DNA of 15,657 nucleotides from Candidatus Bathyarchaeia archaeon. GTDB taxonomy: Archaea; Thermoproteota; Bathyarchaeia; Bathyarchaeales; Bathycorpusculaceae. The position numbers were made by a program, and so were the translations under genes. This document shows, in pieces, positions 1 through 7,680 of the stretch (the stretch's first letter is position 1; the number at the start of each line of letters is the position of its first letter). The stretch is from positions 1 to 15,657 of the forward strand of contig JBMFOB010000024.1 in assembly GCA_049969855.1 (NCBI GenBank). Reading direction: 5' to 3'. The notes under the pieces are model-generated. The model saw nothing but the letters and a program-made list of their open reading frames with translations, made no database searches and had not been told where the DNA came from.

Positions 1-1
1 C

Positions 2-238
2 GCTTGGGCGGCAAGAGAGGCATGGTTGGAAATGGCTCCAGAATGGGAACCAAGAGAGTTGAGAGGCCCTTTATGGGAGGTTACTACTGCTTTGACTTTG
101 TTGCTTACGGGTGTTGATTTGTTTATGATGATGCATCCAGCCGCTGTAAAAACCATAAAAGACGTGATAAATCAGCTTTTGAGTGGTGGTTCTGGGAATT
201 CTGAACGGCTTATGGAATGGGTTTCAATGAAAATTTAA
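2..238 (+). CDS. cdhD: CO dehydrogenase/acetyl-CoA synthase complex delta subunit (corrinoid Fe-S protein small subunit), 3' part; gene begins upstream of the window
   Basis: The frame is open from position 2: AWAAREAWLEMAPEWEPRELRGPLWEVTTALTLLLTGVDLFMMMHPAAV. This matches the CdhD/AcsD C-terminus (AWxAREAW, RGPLWE, GxDLFMMxHP) and lies directly upstream of cdhE. Confidence 0.93.
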   Translation, partial: AWAAREAWLEMAPEWEPRELRGPLWEVTTALTLLLTGVDLFMMMHPAAVKTIKDVINQLLSGGSGNSERLMEWVSMKI

Positions 239-256
239 GTTTGGAGCAGTGAGCGT

Positions 257-1699
257 ATGAGTGAAAGGGAAATTAAGGGGAAAGTTGGCATTAGAGAGTT
301 AAGCCCAATAGACGTTTACAAGCTTCTTCCCAAAACAAACTGTAAGGAATGCGGTGAAGAAAACTGCATGGCTTTCGCAACAAAAGTTGTAAACCGTGAA
401 GTAGCAGTTGAAAAGTGTCCACCACTTTTAATGAAAGATTATGAAAAGGCTTACAGGCAATTGAAGGAAATGCTGAAACCAGCCATAAAAGAAATTGTGG
501 TTGGCGCTGGAGAAAAAGCTGTTAAAATAGGCGGAAAACTTGTCATGTACCGCCATGAATTCACATACTTCAACCCCACTGCAATAGCAATAGACGTAAC
601 CGATAAAATGAGTGAAGAAGAAATTTTAGATAGAATTAAACGGACCGAAAATTTCAGTTTCGAATACATTGGACAAAAATTAAAACTTGACATGATAGCT
701 ATACGCTCAACATCAAATGACCCAGAAAAATTTAAGGCAACAGTCGAGAAGGTGGCTGAAAATACAAGCTTACCATTAATATTATGCTCGTTAAACCCAA
801 AAGTTCTCGAAGCAGGATTAACGGCTATTCCAAAATCGAAACCGCTTTTGTACGCTGCCACAGAAGAGAACTGGAAGGATATGGCTGAACTCGCACTTGC
901 ATACCAGTGTCCGCTAACGATTTTTTCGCCTAATAATCTGAAACTGCTCAAGTCATTAGCGAAAACCTTGCTTGAGTATGGAGTTGAAGACTTGGTTTTA
1001 GACCCAGGCACTTTCCAAGGCGGGGGCTTAGCGGACACACTTAACAATTTTGTTATGATTCGGAGGGCTGCATGCAAGAATGGCGAAGAACTTTTAGGTT
1101 TTCCATTAATGGGCGTTCCAATAGTTGCTTGGATGGAAAAGGGCGAAGCTCCAGAGGAAATTGTCAAGTGGAGAGAAGCCTATTTGGCAGCCATGCTCAT
1201 TGTCCGCTACGCAGACATTATAATACTGCATAATGTGGACGGTTGGGCGCTCCTCCCACCCGTAATACTACGTCAGAACATCTACACAGACCCGCGCAAG
1301 CCAGTGGCTGTGGAACCGGGCTTAAAAGTCTTTGGAACTCCAGACGAAAACTCGCCTGTAATGTTCACAACAAACTTCGCATTAACCTACTATACAGTCG
1401 CTTCAGATATTGAAAATGCAAAAATAAACACGTATTTGCTTGTGGTGGATACGGAAGGAATAGCTGTAGACAGCGCAGTTGCAGGAAGAAAATTAACAGC
1501 AGAAAAAGTAGCCGAAGCAATAAAAACTTCAGGAATAGAAGGCAAAGTCAAACATAGAAAACTCATAATTCCAGGAAAGGCGGCCCGCCTAAGCGGAGAA
1601 ATCGAAGAACTAAGCGGATGGCAAGTGCTAGTCGGACCACGCGATTCATCAGACATACCAAAATTCCTACAAGAAAAATGGCAAACAAGCCAAACATAA
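257..1699 (+). CDS. cdhE: CO dehydrogenase/acetyl-CoA synthase complex gamma subunit (corrinoid Fe-S protein large subunit)
   Basis: N-terminal 4Fe-4S motif LPKTNCKECGEENCMAFA...KCP, YRHEFTYFNPT, RQNIYTDPRKP, and corrinoid-binding domain TTNFALTYYTV...VGPRDSS; 480 aa. Confidence 0.97.
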   Translation: MSEREIKGKVGIRELSPIDVYKLLPKTNCKECGEENCMAFATKVVNREVAVEKCPPLLMKDYEKAYRQLKEMLKPAIKEIVVGAGEKAVKIGGKLVMYRHEFTYFNPTAIAIDVTDKMSEEEILDRIKRTENFSFEYIGQKLKLDMIAIRSTSNDPEKFKATVEKVAENTSLPLILCSLNPKVLEAGLTAIPKSKPLLYAATEENWKDMAELALAYQCPLTIFSPNNLKLLKSLAKTLLEYGVEDLVLDPGTFQGGGLADTLNNFVMIRRAACKNGEELLGFPLMGVPIVAWMEKGEAPEEIVKWREAYLAAMLIVRYADIIILHNVDGWALLPPVILRQNIYTDPRKPVAVEPGLKVFGTPDENSPVMFTTNFALTYYTVASDIENAKINTYLLVVDTEGIAVDSAVAGRKLTAEKVAEAIKTSGIEGKVKHRKLIIPGKAARLSGEIEELSGWQVLVGPRDSSDIPKFLQEKWQTSQT

Positions 1700-1721
1700 C
1701 AATATAGTTGTGCAACCCTAC

Positions 1722-1733
1722 AAACTTTATTAT
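1722..1733 (+). promoter_or_regulatory. Putative archaeal BRE/TATA element with no long ORF downstream
   Basis: AAACTTTATTAT lies about 27-35 bp upstream of a G-starting structured segment at 1760. Confidence 0.35.
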
Positions 1734-1759
1734 TGGGACTCTGCGAAATCAAGAACTTT

Positions 1760-1854
1760 GGCAGTGTAATCCTCAATCAGCCACTTTTAAGTGAATGCAT
1801 GTGCCTTTGAAAGTGCTGGAAATCTAGAGGGGGAGGGTCGCTATTGGCTTTTTT
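1760..1854 (+). ncRNA. Candidate structured small RNA or cis-regulatory element, family unknown
   Basis: Pairings by eye: CAGC(C)ACUUU 1778-1787 with AAAGUGCUG 1810-1818; AUCCUC 1769-1774 with GAGGGU 1833-1838; GGCAGUGUA 1760-1768 with UGCAU(G)UGCC 1796-1805. Flanked by a TATA-like box and a T6 tract. Confidence 0.3.
1849..1854 (+). terminator. Oligo-T tract, possible archaeal terminator of the cdh transcript or of the candidate sRNA
   Basis: TTTTTT on the + strand in the gap between convergent genes. Confidence 0.35.
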
Positions 1855-1880
1855 CACAACCAAAAATATGAAGAACTAAT

Positions 1881-2369
1881 TTATGGTTTATAGCGTTTCA
1901 AGTATTCCTCAGTTGTCGGAAATATCGCTTTAACTCTTTCATGGCGTTTTTTGTTGTTTACGCCGTGCTCAAGCATTGTAAAGCCTCTGGGCGTACTGAA
2001 TTTTTCTATTTCGCCGTTCTCTCTTTTCCGTGTCACCCTTATGCAGTCATCCACGATGCAGCTTAAAACGCAAGCGCCACAATATATGCAAAGCTCTTCT
2101 GTAAGCCCAACCTCTCCAGCCTTCCAAAATAACGCATTAGTTGGACAAGCTTTTATGCAAAGTTTGCATTCAACGCCTTCGCATATTCTCTTGTTAATTG
2201 TTACGCTTCCTTCAACAAAAAACTCTTTTACGCCAAGTGGCGCCAAAAGTGCTTCTCTGCGTTTCTTTTTCTCCTTTTCGGCAGTTTCCATTAAAGTTTG
2301 GAATATGTCAACACTTGAAGGCTTAGTGGAATTGTGTTTTTTGGGCATTGGCTTCCTCTTTTTAACCAA
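1881..2369 (-). CDS. 2x[4Fe-4S] dicluster ferredoxin-domain protein with basic N- and C-terminal extensions
   Basis: CEGVECKLCIKACP (CX4CX2CX3CP) and CIYCGACVLSC (CX2CX2CX3C); TTG start. Confidence 0.88.
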   Translation of the reverse strand: MVKKRKPMPKKHNSTKPSSVDIFQTLMETAEKEKKKRREALLAPLGVKEFFVEGSVTINKRICEGVECKLCIKACPTNALFWKAGEVGLTEELCIYCGACVLSCIVDDCIRVTRKRENGEIEKFSTPRGFTMLEHGVNNKKRHERVKAIFPTTEEYLKRYKP

Positions 2370-2438
2370 TTACAGATTTAACTCGTATAACGCTCATGGA
2401 TTATAATTATTTATCCAAATATGCATTAAGGATGCGTT

Positions 2439-2456
2439 AAAACTTAAGTTTATAAC
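2439..2456 (+). promoter_or_regulatory. BRE/TATA-like elements in the divergent ferredoxin/cooT promoter region
   Basis: AAAACTTAAGTTTATAA about 40 bp upstream of the cooT ATG. A second AT-rich TTATAATTATTTAT at 2401-2414 could serve the minus-strand gene. Confidence 0.5.
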
Positions 2457-2493
2457 CAACCTTTATTTTTTATTATTTGCTGGTTGAATTTGA

Positions 2494-2679
2494 ATGTGTG
2501 AGTTTAAAGTAATCCTTAACGGAAAAACAGTATTCAAAGACGTAATATACGCCAAAACAGAAAGCAACAACGTAATAGTCAAAGACGTTCTTGGAGAATC
2601 TAAGGAGTTTAGAAACTGCAAAATAACAGAAGTTGACGTGAACTCTACACGCCTAGTCCTATCAACCTTAAAGGTTTAG
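2494..2679 (+). CDS. cooT: CooT-family nickel-binding protein (CODH maturation chaperone)
   Basis: 61 aa with N-terminal MCE (Cys2), DV...DVLGESK...KITEVDV pattern, predicted all-beta, and proximity to cdhDE. Confidence 0.85.
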   Translation: MCEFKVILNGKTVFKDVIYAKTESNNVIVKDVLGESKEFRNCKITEVDVNSTRLVLSTLKV

Positions 2680-3500
2680 AACTCAATCAACGAAACAAGA
2701 AAGCCCGCTGTTAAACCAAACAAAATTGGAAAAGGCAAACCTGGAAACATACCCCTTTTCTGCAACATTTTAAAAGCTAAAGGGCATCCGACTAAAATGC
2801 CAATTAAAGAAGCCAAGCATGGAAAGAAGCCAAAATAGAGAAGCATGTGTCCAGAAAGCATAGAATAAAAAGTCAAATCTCCCAAACCCATTTGGATGTC
2901 CTTGAAAGAGAAGCTTAAACCCTTAAGCTGCTCAAGTCCGCTATGGGCTATTTTTCCAACAGGTCCACGATAAACAGCAAAAGCATCATAAACCGCCAAA
3001 AAACTCAGAATCAAAAAAGAACTTAAGGTTGGAATAGAAAAGCCTAAAAAAGCGCCTAAACCCCCTCCTAAACAGAGAATTACCACATCGCAAAATTTAC
3101 TGTGCGTCTTAAAAATTATGAAATCAACAATTGCCGTTATGAACACGGACAAAGTCAAAATCAAAGTTTCCACATGAGGGACAATAAATAGCGAAAATGC
3201 AGCGCTCAAGTAAATTACTGAAAGCAAAAAAACAGCAGTTGTCAGAGCAAAACCAATAATCAAATTGATTAACTTATGATTTCGCTTTCTCAAAAGCAAA
3301 TATAACATCGACGCTCCCAAACCAACAAGAATGACAAAATAAAAAGCGTTGCCAACCGACCCAACACCCTCTGGAAATGGAGTTACTGCATAAGTTTCAA
3401 TGGAAGATGCCAAAATTAAGAAAGCACAAAAAACTCCAAATAACAAGCTTGCCAAAATAGGCGCCAAACGTATAAGTCCCAAATTGATTTTGCCATTCAA
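2676..3500 (-). CDS. Presenilin/SPP-like GxGD intramembrane aspartyl protease (A22, archaeal PSH-like)
   Basis: About 9 hydrophobic segments; catalytic YD (LAVYDAFAVY) and GLGD (MGLGDLTFYS); PAL-equivalent PGL (FPGLPFPI); TTG start. Confidence 0.9.
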   Translation of the reverse strand: MNGKINLGLIRLAPILASLLFGVFCAFLILASSIETYAVTPFPEGVGSVGNAFYFVILVGLGASMLYLLLRKRNHKLINLIIGFALTTAVFLLSVIYLSAAFSLFIVPHVETLILTLSVFITAIVDFIIFKTHSKFCDVVILCLGGGLGAFLGFSIPTLSSFLILSFLAVYDAFAVYRGPVGKIAHSGLEQLKGLSFSFKDIQMGLGDLTFYSMLSGHMLLYFGFFPCLASLIGILVGCPLAFKMLQKRGMFPGLPFPILFGLTAGFLVSLIEF

Positions 3501-3505
3501 GGTTC

Positions 3506-4057
3506 TTACCCTAACTTGTCAATAACTGTTTCAACCTTCAAGTAGCACTTGTTACAGAATAAACTTTGCTTTCTATCCGTGTCGAATATGGAATTGGAGA
3601 AATACATAACACAAAAGGGGTTAGAACAATGCCTCAAACCAAAAGTATGCCCAAGCTCATGCACAGCCTCTTTTGTGCTTCTCTCCAGAAAAAGCTCCAT
3701 GTTTGGACGTTCACCATAAAATTCTGGTTTAAGCCTCCACAAAGAAATTAAAGCCGCTTTTCCGGGACATTCTGCCTCTCCAAAAACGAAGTTTAACTCT
3801 GGAACAAAAATGTCAATGTCCACTATACCCAAAACTCTGTTTAAGGCTTCTTCTTTTTCTGCATACTCTTGAATCTTACGCAATATGGCTCCAGAAAAAT
3901 ATTGATTTCTTGTTTTGTCAAAGGCTTCTTCTGGAATTGGCAATTTTTCAGTGATAATAATGCATTTTGTTTTTGGAAAAATTATTCTTAGGTTTTCCCG
4001 AATCCTTTGGATTATATCAGAATTTATTTGTCCAATTTGTAAAATTCCAATTTTCAT
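3506..4057 (-). CDS. amzA: Archaemetzincin Zn metalloprotease (M54)
   Basis: KEAVHELGHTFGLRHCSNPFCVM metzincin HExxHxxGxxHC motif with Met-turn, C-terminal FCNKC Cys4 Zn site, and RNQY and NFVFGEA motifs. Confidence 0.95.
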   Translation of the reverse strand: MKIGILQIGQINSDIIQRIRENLRIIFPKTKCIIITEKLPIPEEAFDKTRNQYFSGAILRKIQEYAEKEEALNRVLGIVDIDIFVPELNFVFGEAECPGKAALISLWRLKPEFYGERPNMELFLERSTKEAVHELGHTFGLRHCSNPFCVMYFSNSIFDTDRKQSLFCNKCYLKVETVIDKLG

Positions 4058-4066
4058 GTTTTCACT

Positions 4067-5341
4067 TTAAACTTCAAATACGTCGCCAGCCCTTGGGGCA
4101 ATAGCCTCTAAACCTAATTCACTCTTTATCCATTTTGCAAACAATTCACAGTTTCCCTCTGCACCATGAACAACATAAACCTTAGGATTTCCACCAAGAT
4201 TCTTAACTGCATCTTTAAGTTGACTTGCGCCACAATGAGATGAAAAATCAAAATGCTCAACACGAGCCTTAACCTTCCTCATTTTCCCATCAATAAGGCA
4301 AACGCCCTTCTCCAGCAATTCCCTTCCAGGCGTTCCAGGAATCTGATAGCTTACTAAAAATATGGCGTTATGCGCCTTTTTCCCAACCTTTGAAGTGTAA
4401 AAAACCGCCGGACCACCCTTAAGCATTCCAGCAGGCGAGATTATCACACCCGGCGTTTTAATTGCTTTTCTTCTGTCCCTCCAGCCTTCGACCCAATCAA
4501 CAGAATGCATGGCATCCATGAAAAGCCTTGGGTCTTTAAGAAAATCCTTATAGTTCATAATAATTCTGCTTGCTTCCCGCGCCATCCCATCCATAGTAAT
4601 TGGATACTCAAAATGGTGGGCTGCCAAAACGCATGCGATTTCTTGGGACCTTCCAACTCCAAAGGCTGGAACAAGAACTGAACCTCCCCTTTCAACAACA
4701 TCCGTCACTTCGTCAACGAAGCGTTTCTCCAGTTCTAAACGTTCTGTATGGTCTTCGTCTGCGTATGTGCTTTCAATTATCACGGCGTCTAAGTCGCCAT
4801 ATTCCATTTTTGCACCTTCCAAAAGCCTCGTGTCAGTTGTGTTGAAGTCGCCAGTGTAAAGTACGCGTTTTCCTTCGGCTTCAATTAGTATTTGTGCGCT
4901 TCCCGGAATGTGTCCAGCGCTGAACAGTTGGAATTTTATGTCTCCAATTTTTTCTTCAACGCCGAAATCCACATGCTTGTTATTTCTCATCATTGATTTT
5001 AGTTCAAGATATTCGTATGGCAAATAGTAGCTGGAAAGGTGAATGAAATCAGAAATCAGTATCTGTGTTAGTTCCAAATTTAATCTATTAGTGTATAATG
5101 GCTTTTTTTCGTGAATGTAAAAAATTGGAACAGCTCCAGAATGGTCAAGATGACTGTGCGTTAGGATTACTGCATCCACATCTTTCGGAGGAACATGCAT
5201 TGGAAAGCCTGGCTCATGATTTAACATGACGCCATAATCCAATAATACCTGCGTTTTTTCGGTTTTCACCGAAATGGCTATTCTACCCACTTCTTGGGTT
5301 CCGCCTAGAAAGCCAATTTTTAATGAACTCATGTTTTTCAA
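4067..5341 (-). CDS. Metallo-beta-lactamase/beta-CASP ribonuclease (aCPSF2-like, no KH domains); start may be the ATG at 5332
   Basis: FLGGTQEVGR, LLDYG, THSHLDHSGA, AGHIPGS, YTGDF, IESTY, PAFGVGRSQE, SPAGMLKGG, FSSHCG and VHG motifs; 424 aa. Confidence 0.92.
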   Translation of the reverse strand: MKNMSSLKIGFLGGTQEVGRIAISVKTEKTQVLLDYGVMLNHEPGFPMHVPPKDVDAVILTHSHLDHSGAVPIFYIHEKKPLYTNRLNLELTQILISDFIHLSSYYLPYEYLELKSMMRNNKHVDFGVEEKIGDIKFQLFSAGHIPGSAQILIEAEGKRVLYTGDFNTTDTRLLEGAKMEYGDLDAVIIESTYADEDHTERLELEKRFVDEVTDVVERGGSVLVPAFGVGRSQEIACVLAAHHFEYPITMDGMAREASRIIMNYKDFLKDPRLFMDAMHSVDWVEGWRDRRKAIKTPGVIISPAGMLKGGPAVFYTSKVGKKAHNAIFLVSYQIPGTPGRELLEKGVCLIDGKMRKVKARVEHFDFSSHCGASQLKDAVKNLGGNPKVYVVHGAEGNCELFAKWIKSELGLEAIAPRAGDVFEV

Positions 5342-5373
5342 CCGCTAACGCAGTAATCATGCTCTCTGCTATT

Positions 5374-5979
5374 TTAAAAATGTATTGACTTTCTGGTTGG
5401 AAAAACCCTAACAAGTCCCTTTTTAATAGCTTTCAAAATTTCATCCACATCAGAAGAAGCTTGAACTTCAGTGTAAACACTCCACAACTCATCAGCATTA
5501 TGAGCATCGCTGCCGGCAACACCGGGCAAACCCATCTCTTTAGCCAAGTTTTCAGCCATTTTATTAAGTTGCAATGATAATGCACCATTTAAAACTTCTA
5601 TGGCGTCAACATCATAATTTTTCGCTAAATCTCCAAGACCATAAGCTCTGTATGGATGAGCAACAATAACTATGCCTCCTCTTTCCTTTGCAAAGTCTAT
5701 TACATTCTCAACAGTCCATGGTTGAGGCGGCAACTCTGCAACTCCCAAAACTATTAGGTCACCGTCAAACGTGGCTATTTCAACCCCTGGAATTATTAGA
5801 ATGTCTGGATAAACGGAAGCCAATTGCTTAACTTTAATATAACCATCAACTCGATTGTGGTCGGTGATGGCAACGGCTTTGATGAATGGATGCGCATAGA
5901 GCTGTTCAACTATAGTTTTGGGTTGGATTGAAGAGTCGAAGGAATAGGTTGTGTGAACATGAAAATCAACGTTAATCAT
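5374..5979 (-). CDS. PHP-domain metal-dependent phosphoesterase (TrpH/YciV-like)
   Basis: DFHVHT, AITDHN, PGVEI, AHPY and GSDAH motifs. Confidence 0.92.
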   Translation of the reverse strand: MINVDFHVHTTYSFDSSIQPKTIVEQLYAHPFIKAVAITDHNRVDGYIKVKQLASVYPDILIIPGVEIATFDGDLIVLGVAELPPQPWTVENVIDFAKERGGIVIVAHPYRAYGLGDLAKNYDVDAIEVLNGALSLQLNKMAENLAKEMGLPGVAGSDAHNADELWSVYTEVQASSDVDEILKAIKKGLVRVFPTRKSIHF

Positions 5980-5991
5980 GACTTCTCACAT

Positions 5992-7608
5992 TTACTCCTG
6001 AATTTTCTCTAATTCTGTTAAAATTGCTTCACTTCGTTCTTTTTTAATGTCGAAACATTTAAAACCAATCTCCTTTTTCGAACACGCCTTCCTGCAACTT
6101 TTGAGAACAGACTGATTCCAATTTTCTGGGTTATTAAACAGAAAAACCACCTCATAATTCATGCCGCCAATGTATTCAGCCACCTGATTTGCCACATACT
6201 CCACAGTTTCTTTGTCAAGTGGAAGAACAGTTTCATGCTGCGAAAGTGGATAAACTTCATCAAGTTCCAACGGAATAACGCCGAATGGAGCAGCATAAAA
6301 GCAAACATGAACTTGGTTTAAACATTCTTTTGACATACGCTTCAACAATTTCTTAATGTCTTTGAATTCTTGCGATTTGTGAAATGGTTTTGTCCGAGTT
6401 TGAGGTATGAGGAAGAGGATTTCTGATTTCTCTGGTGGAGAATATCTTTCCAGCATTCTTTTTCTATGCCTAACAACTTCGGGTCGCATAAGTCCGACAG
6501 AATTGAAGAAGAATATTCCGCTTTTTTTAATTGATGGGCTATGTTTTTCAATGAAATCTTCATATTTTTTTAGCTTTTTGAGGGCTTGAAGCAATGCTGG
6601 ATGCCCATGCGCTCTTAACTCTATATGCTCCCATAATCTACCATCCCTTACTGCTTGTTTTATGCGCTTTAACTCTGCAAGGCAAACGTAAAGATTATGC
6701 TCAGCAAGAAAAACTTGCCTTTCCTTCTGAGGCATTTCCATGACTTCTTTCGATGTCGTCTTTGAACATTTTTGACACGTGCAAGGAAAATATTCAAGCT
6801 CGCTAAGTCTAGCCGTGCCATATTCTGTCATGTAGCGGTTTTCTCTGGCGTATATGGCGTAGGCCGCTGAGTCGAAAAGGTCGCATCCAAGAGCTACTGC
6901 CAAAGCGAAAATGAGTGGGTGTCCAGCACCAAAAAGGTGAAGGGGTTTTTCGATGGGTAAATTTGCTTTAGCCGTCATAATCATATCCACCAAAACATCA
7001 AAGTGGTAAGATTCCATAACTTCTGTCGGACTTCCTAAGGCATATATTTGAAAGGGTAATTTTCCCATTTCAACGGCGGATTTGGCTATTAAGTCTAAAA
7101 ATTTGCCTCCTTGAACTGGACCCACCCAAAGAATGTCATCCCGCGTTTTAATTTTGAAGAACTCCTTTGCTCTCTTTAAAGTCTCGTTTACTGTTTGCTC
7201 CGCATGGTTTCTCGAAACTTTCCATCCGGTGGGCCAGTCCAAAATTGTGGCTATATCTGTGTCTATGTTTTCTTGATAATGCACGATTTCAGTTGGACTT
7301 ATCTCTACGCCGCCATAAACGAGAATTTGGTATGCACCAGAATCGGTCATTATCACTTTGTCATAATCCAAAAACTTGTGTAAACCCTCTTCTACAGGTT
7401 GATTTTTGAAGCGTTTCTTCAAAATGTAAGCATTCGTTATCAAAGCCTCACAGCTAAACTCTTCCTGAATCTTTCTGGGCGGGATAGGCTGAATAATTGG
7501 GTTTATGACTGGAAAAAGCAGAGGAGTTTCCACAGTGCCGCTTTTGGTTTTAAGTTTTCCAATTCTCGCAAGCAAATCTTTCTCTTTAATTTCAAAACTC
7601 ATCATCAA
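5992..7608 (-). CDS. tgtA: Archaeosine tRNA-guanine(15) transglycosylase; start may be the ATG at 7605 or 7602
   Basis: ETP.LFPVINP, catalytic MTDSGAYQ, PVQGG, HLFGAGHP, GCDLFDSAAY, Zn site CTCQKC...EHNL, and FGVIPLELDEVYPLSQ. Confidence 0.95.
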   Translation of the reverse strand: MMMSFEIKEKDLLARIGKLKTKSGTVETPLLFPVINPIIQPIPPRKIQEEFSCEALITNAYILKKRFKNQPVEEGLHKFLDYDKVIMTDSGAYQILVYGGVEISPTEIVHYQENIDTDIATILDWPTGWKVSRNHAEQTVNETLKRAKEFFKIKTRDDILWVGPVQGGKFLDLIAKSAVEMGKLPFQIYALGSPTEVMESYHFDVLVDMIMTAKANLPIEKPLHLFGAGHPLIFALAVALGCDLFDSAAYAIYARENRYMTEYGTARLSELEYFPCTCQKCSKTTSKEVMEMPQKERQVFLAEHNLYVCLAELKRIKQAVRDGRLWEHIELRAHGHPALLQALKKLKKYEDFIEKHSPSIKKSGIFFFNSVGLMRPEVVRHRKRMLERYSPPEKSEILFLIPQTRTKPFHKSQEFKDIKKLLKRMSKECLNQVHVCFYAAPFGVIPLELDEVYPLSQHETVLPLDKETVEYVANQVAEYIGGMNYEVVFLFNNPENWNQSVLKSCRKACSKKEIGFKCFDIKKERSEAILTELEKIQE

Positions 7609-7626
7609 ACCTAAACAGAATCAGAT

Positions 7627-7642
7627 AAACACACTTATAAAA
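7627..7642 (+). promoter_or_regulatory. BRE/TATA-type promoter element of the M28 peptidase gene, in a short divergent gap shared with tgtA
   Basis: AAACACACTTATA(AAA); the identical 13-mer occurs at 11031-11043 with the same spacing to the ATG. Confidence 0.6.
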
Positions 7643-7680
7643 ATGTGAGCAACCATAGTAACTTAAAACGTGGTCTTAAA

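Noticed and set aside
451-1167. 238-aa antisense ORF, and likewise 1390-1776
   Set aside because: Lies opposite cdhE, is Ser/Phe-rich as expected for an antisense shadow, and has no motifs.
1760-1860. Assigning the intergenic element to a known class (H/ACA, C/D box, hammerhead, SECIS, tRNA)
   Set aside because: There is no correctly spaced ACA box, no RUGAUGA/CUGA pair and no cloverleaf. The minus-strand CUGAUUGAG lacks the downstream GAAA core, and no in-frame UGA was seen in the flanking genes.
1791-1871. 26-codon GTG-started ORF in the intergenic region
   Set aside because: No ribosome-binding site or motif, and the length is compatible with chance.
1951-2406. 151-aa + strand ORF
   Set aside because: Antisense shadow of the ferredoxin-domain gene, which has clear Cys motifs.
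7645-7680. GTG 7645 as the start of the M28 peptidase
   Set aside because: It lies only a few bases after the TATA box, upstream of the expected TSS. ATG 7681 matches the spacing seen at the PAC2 promoter.
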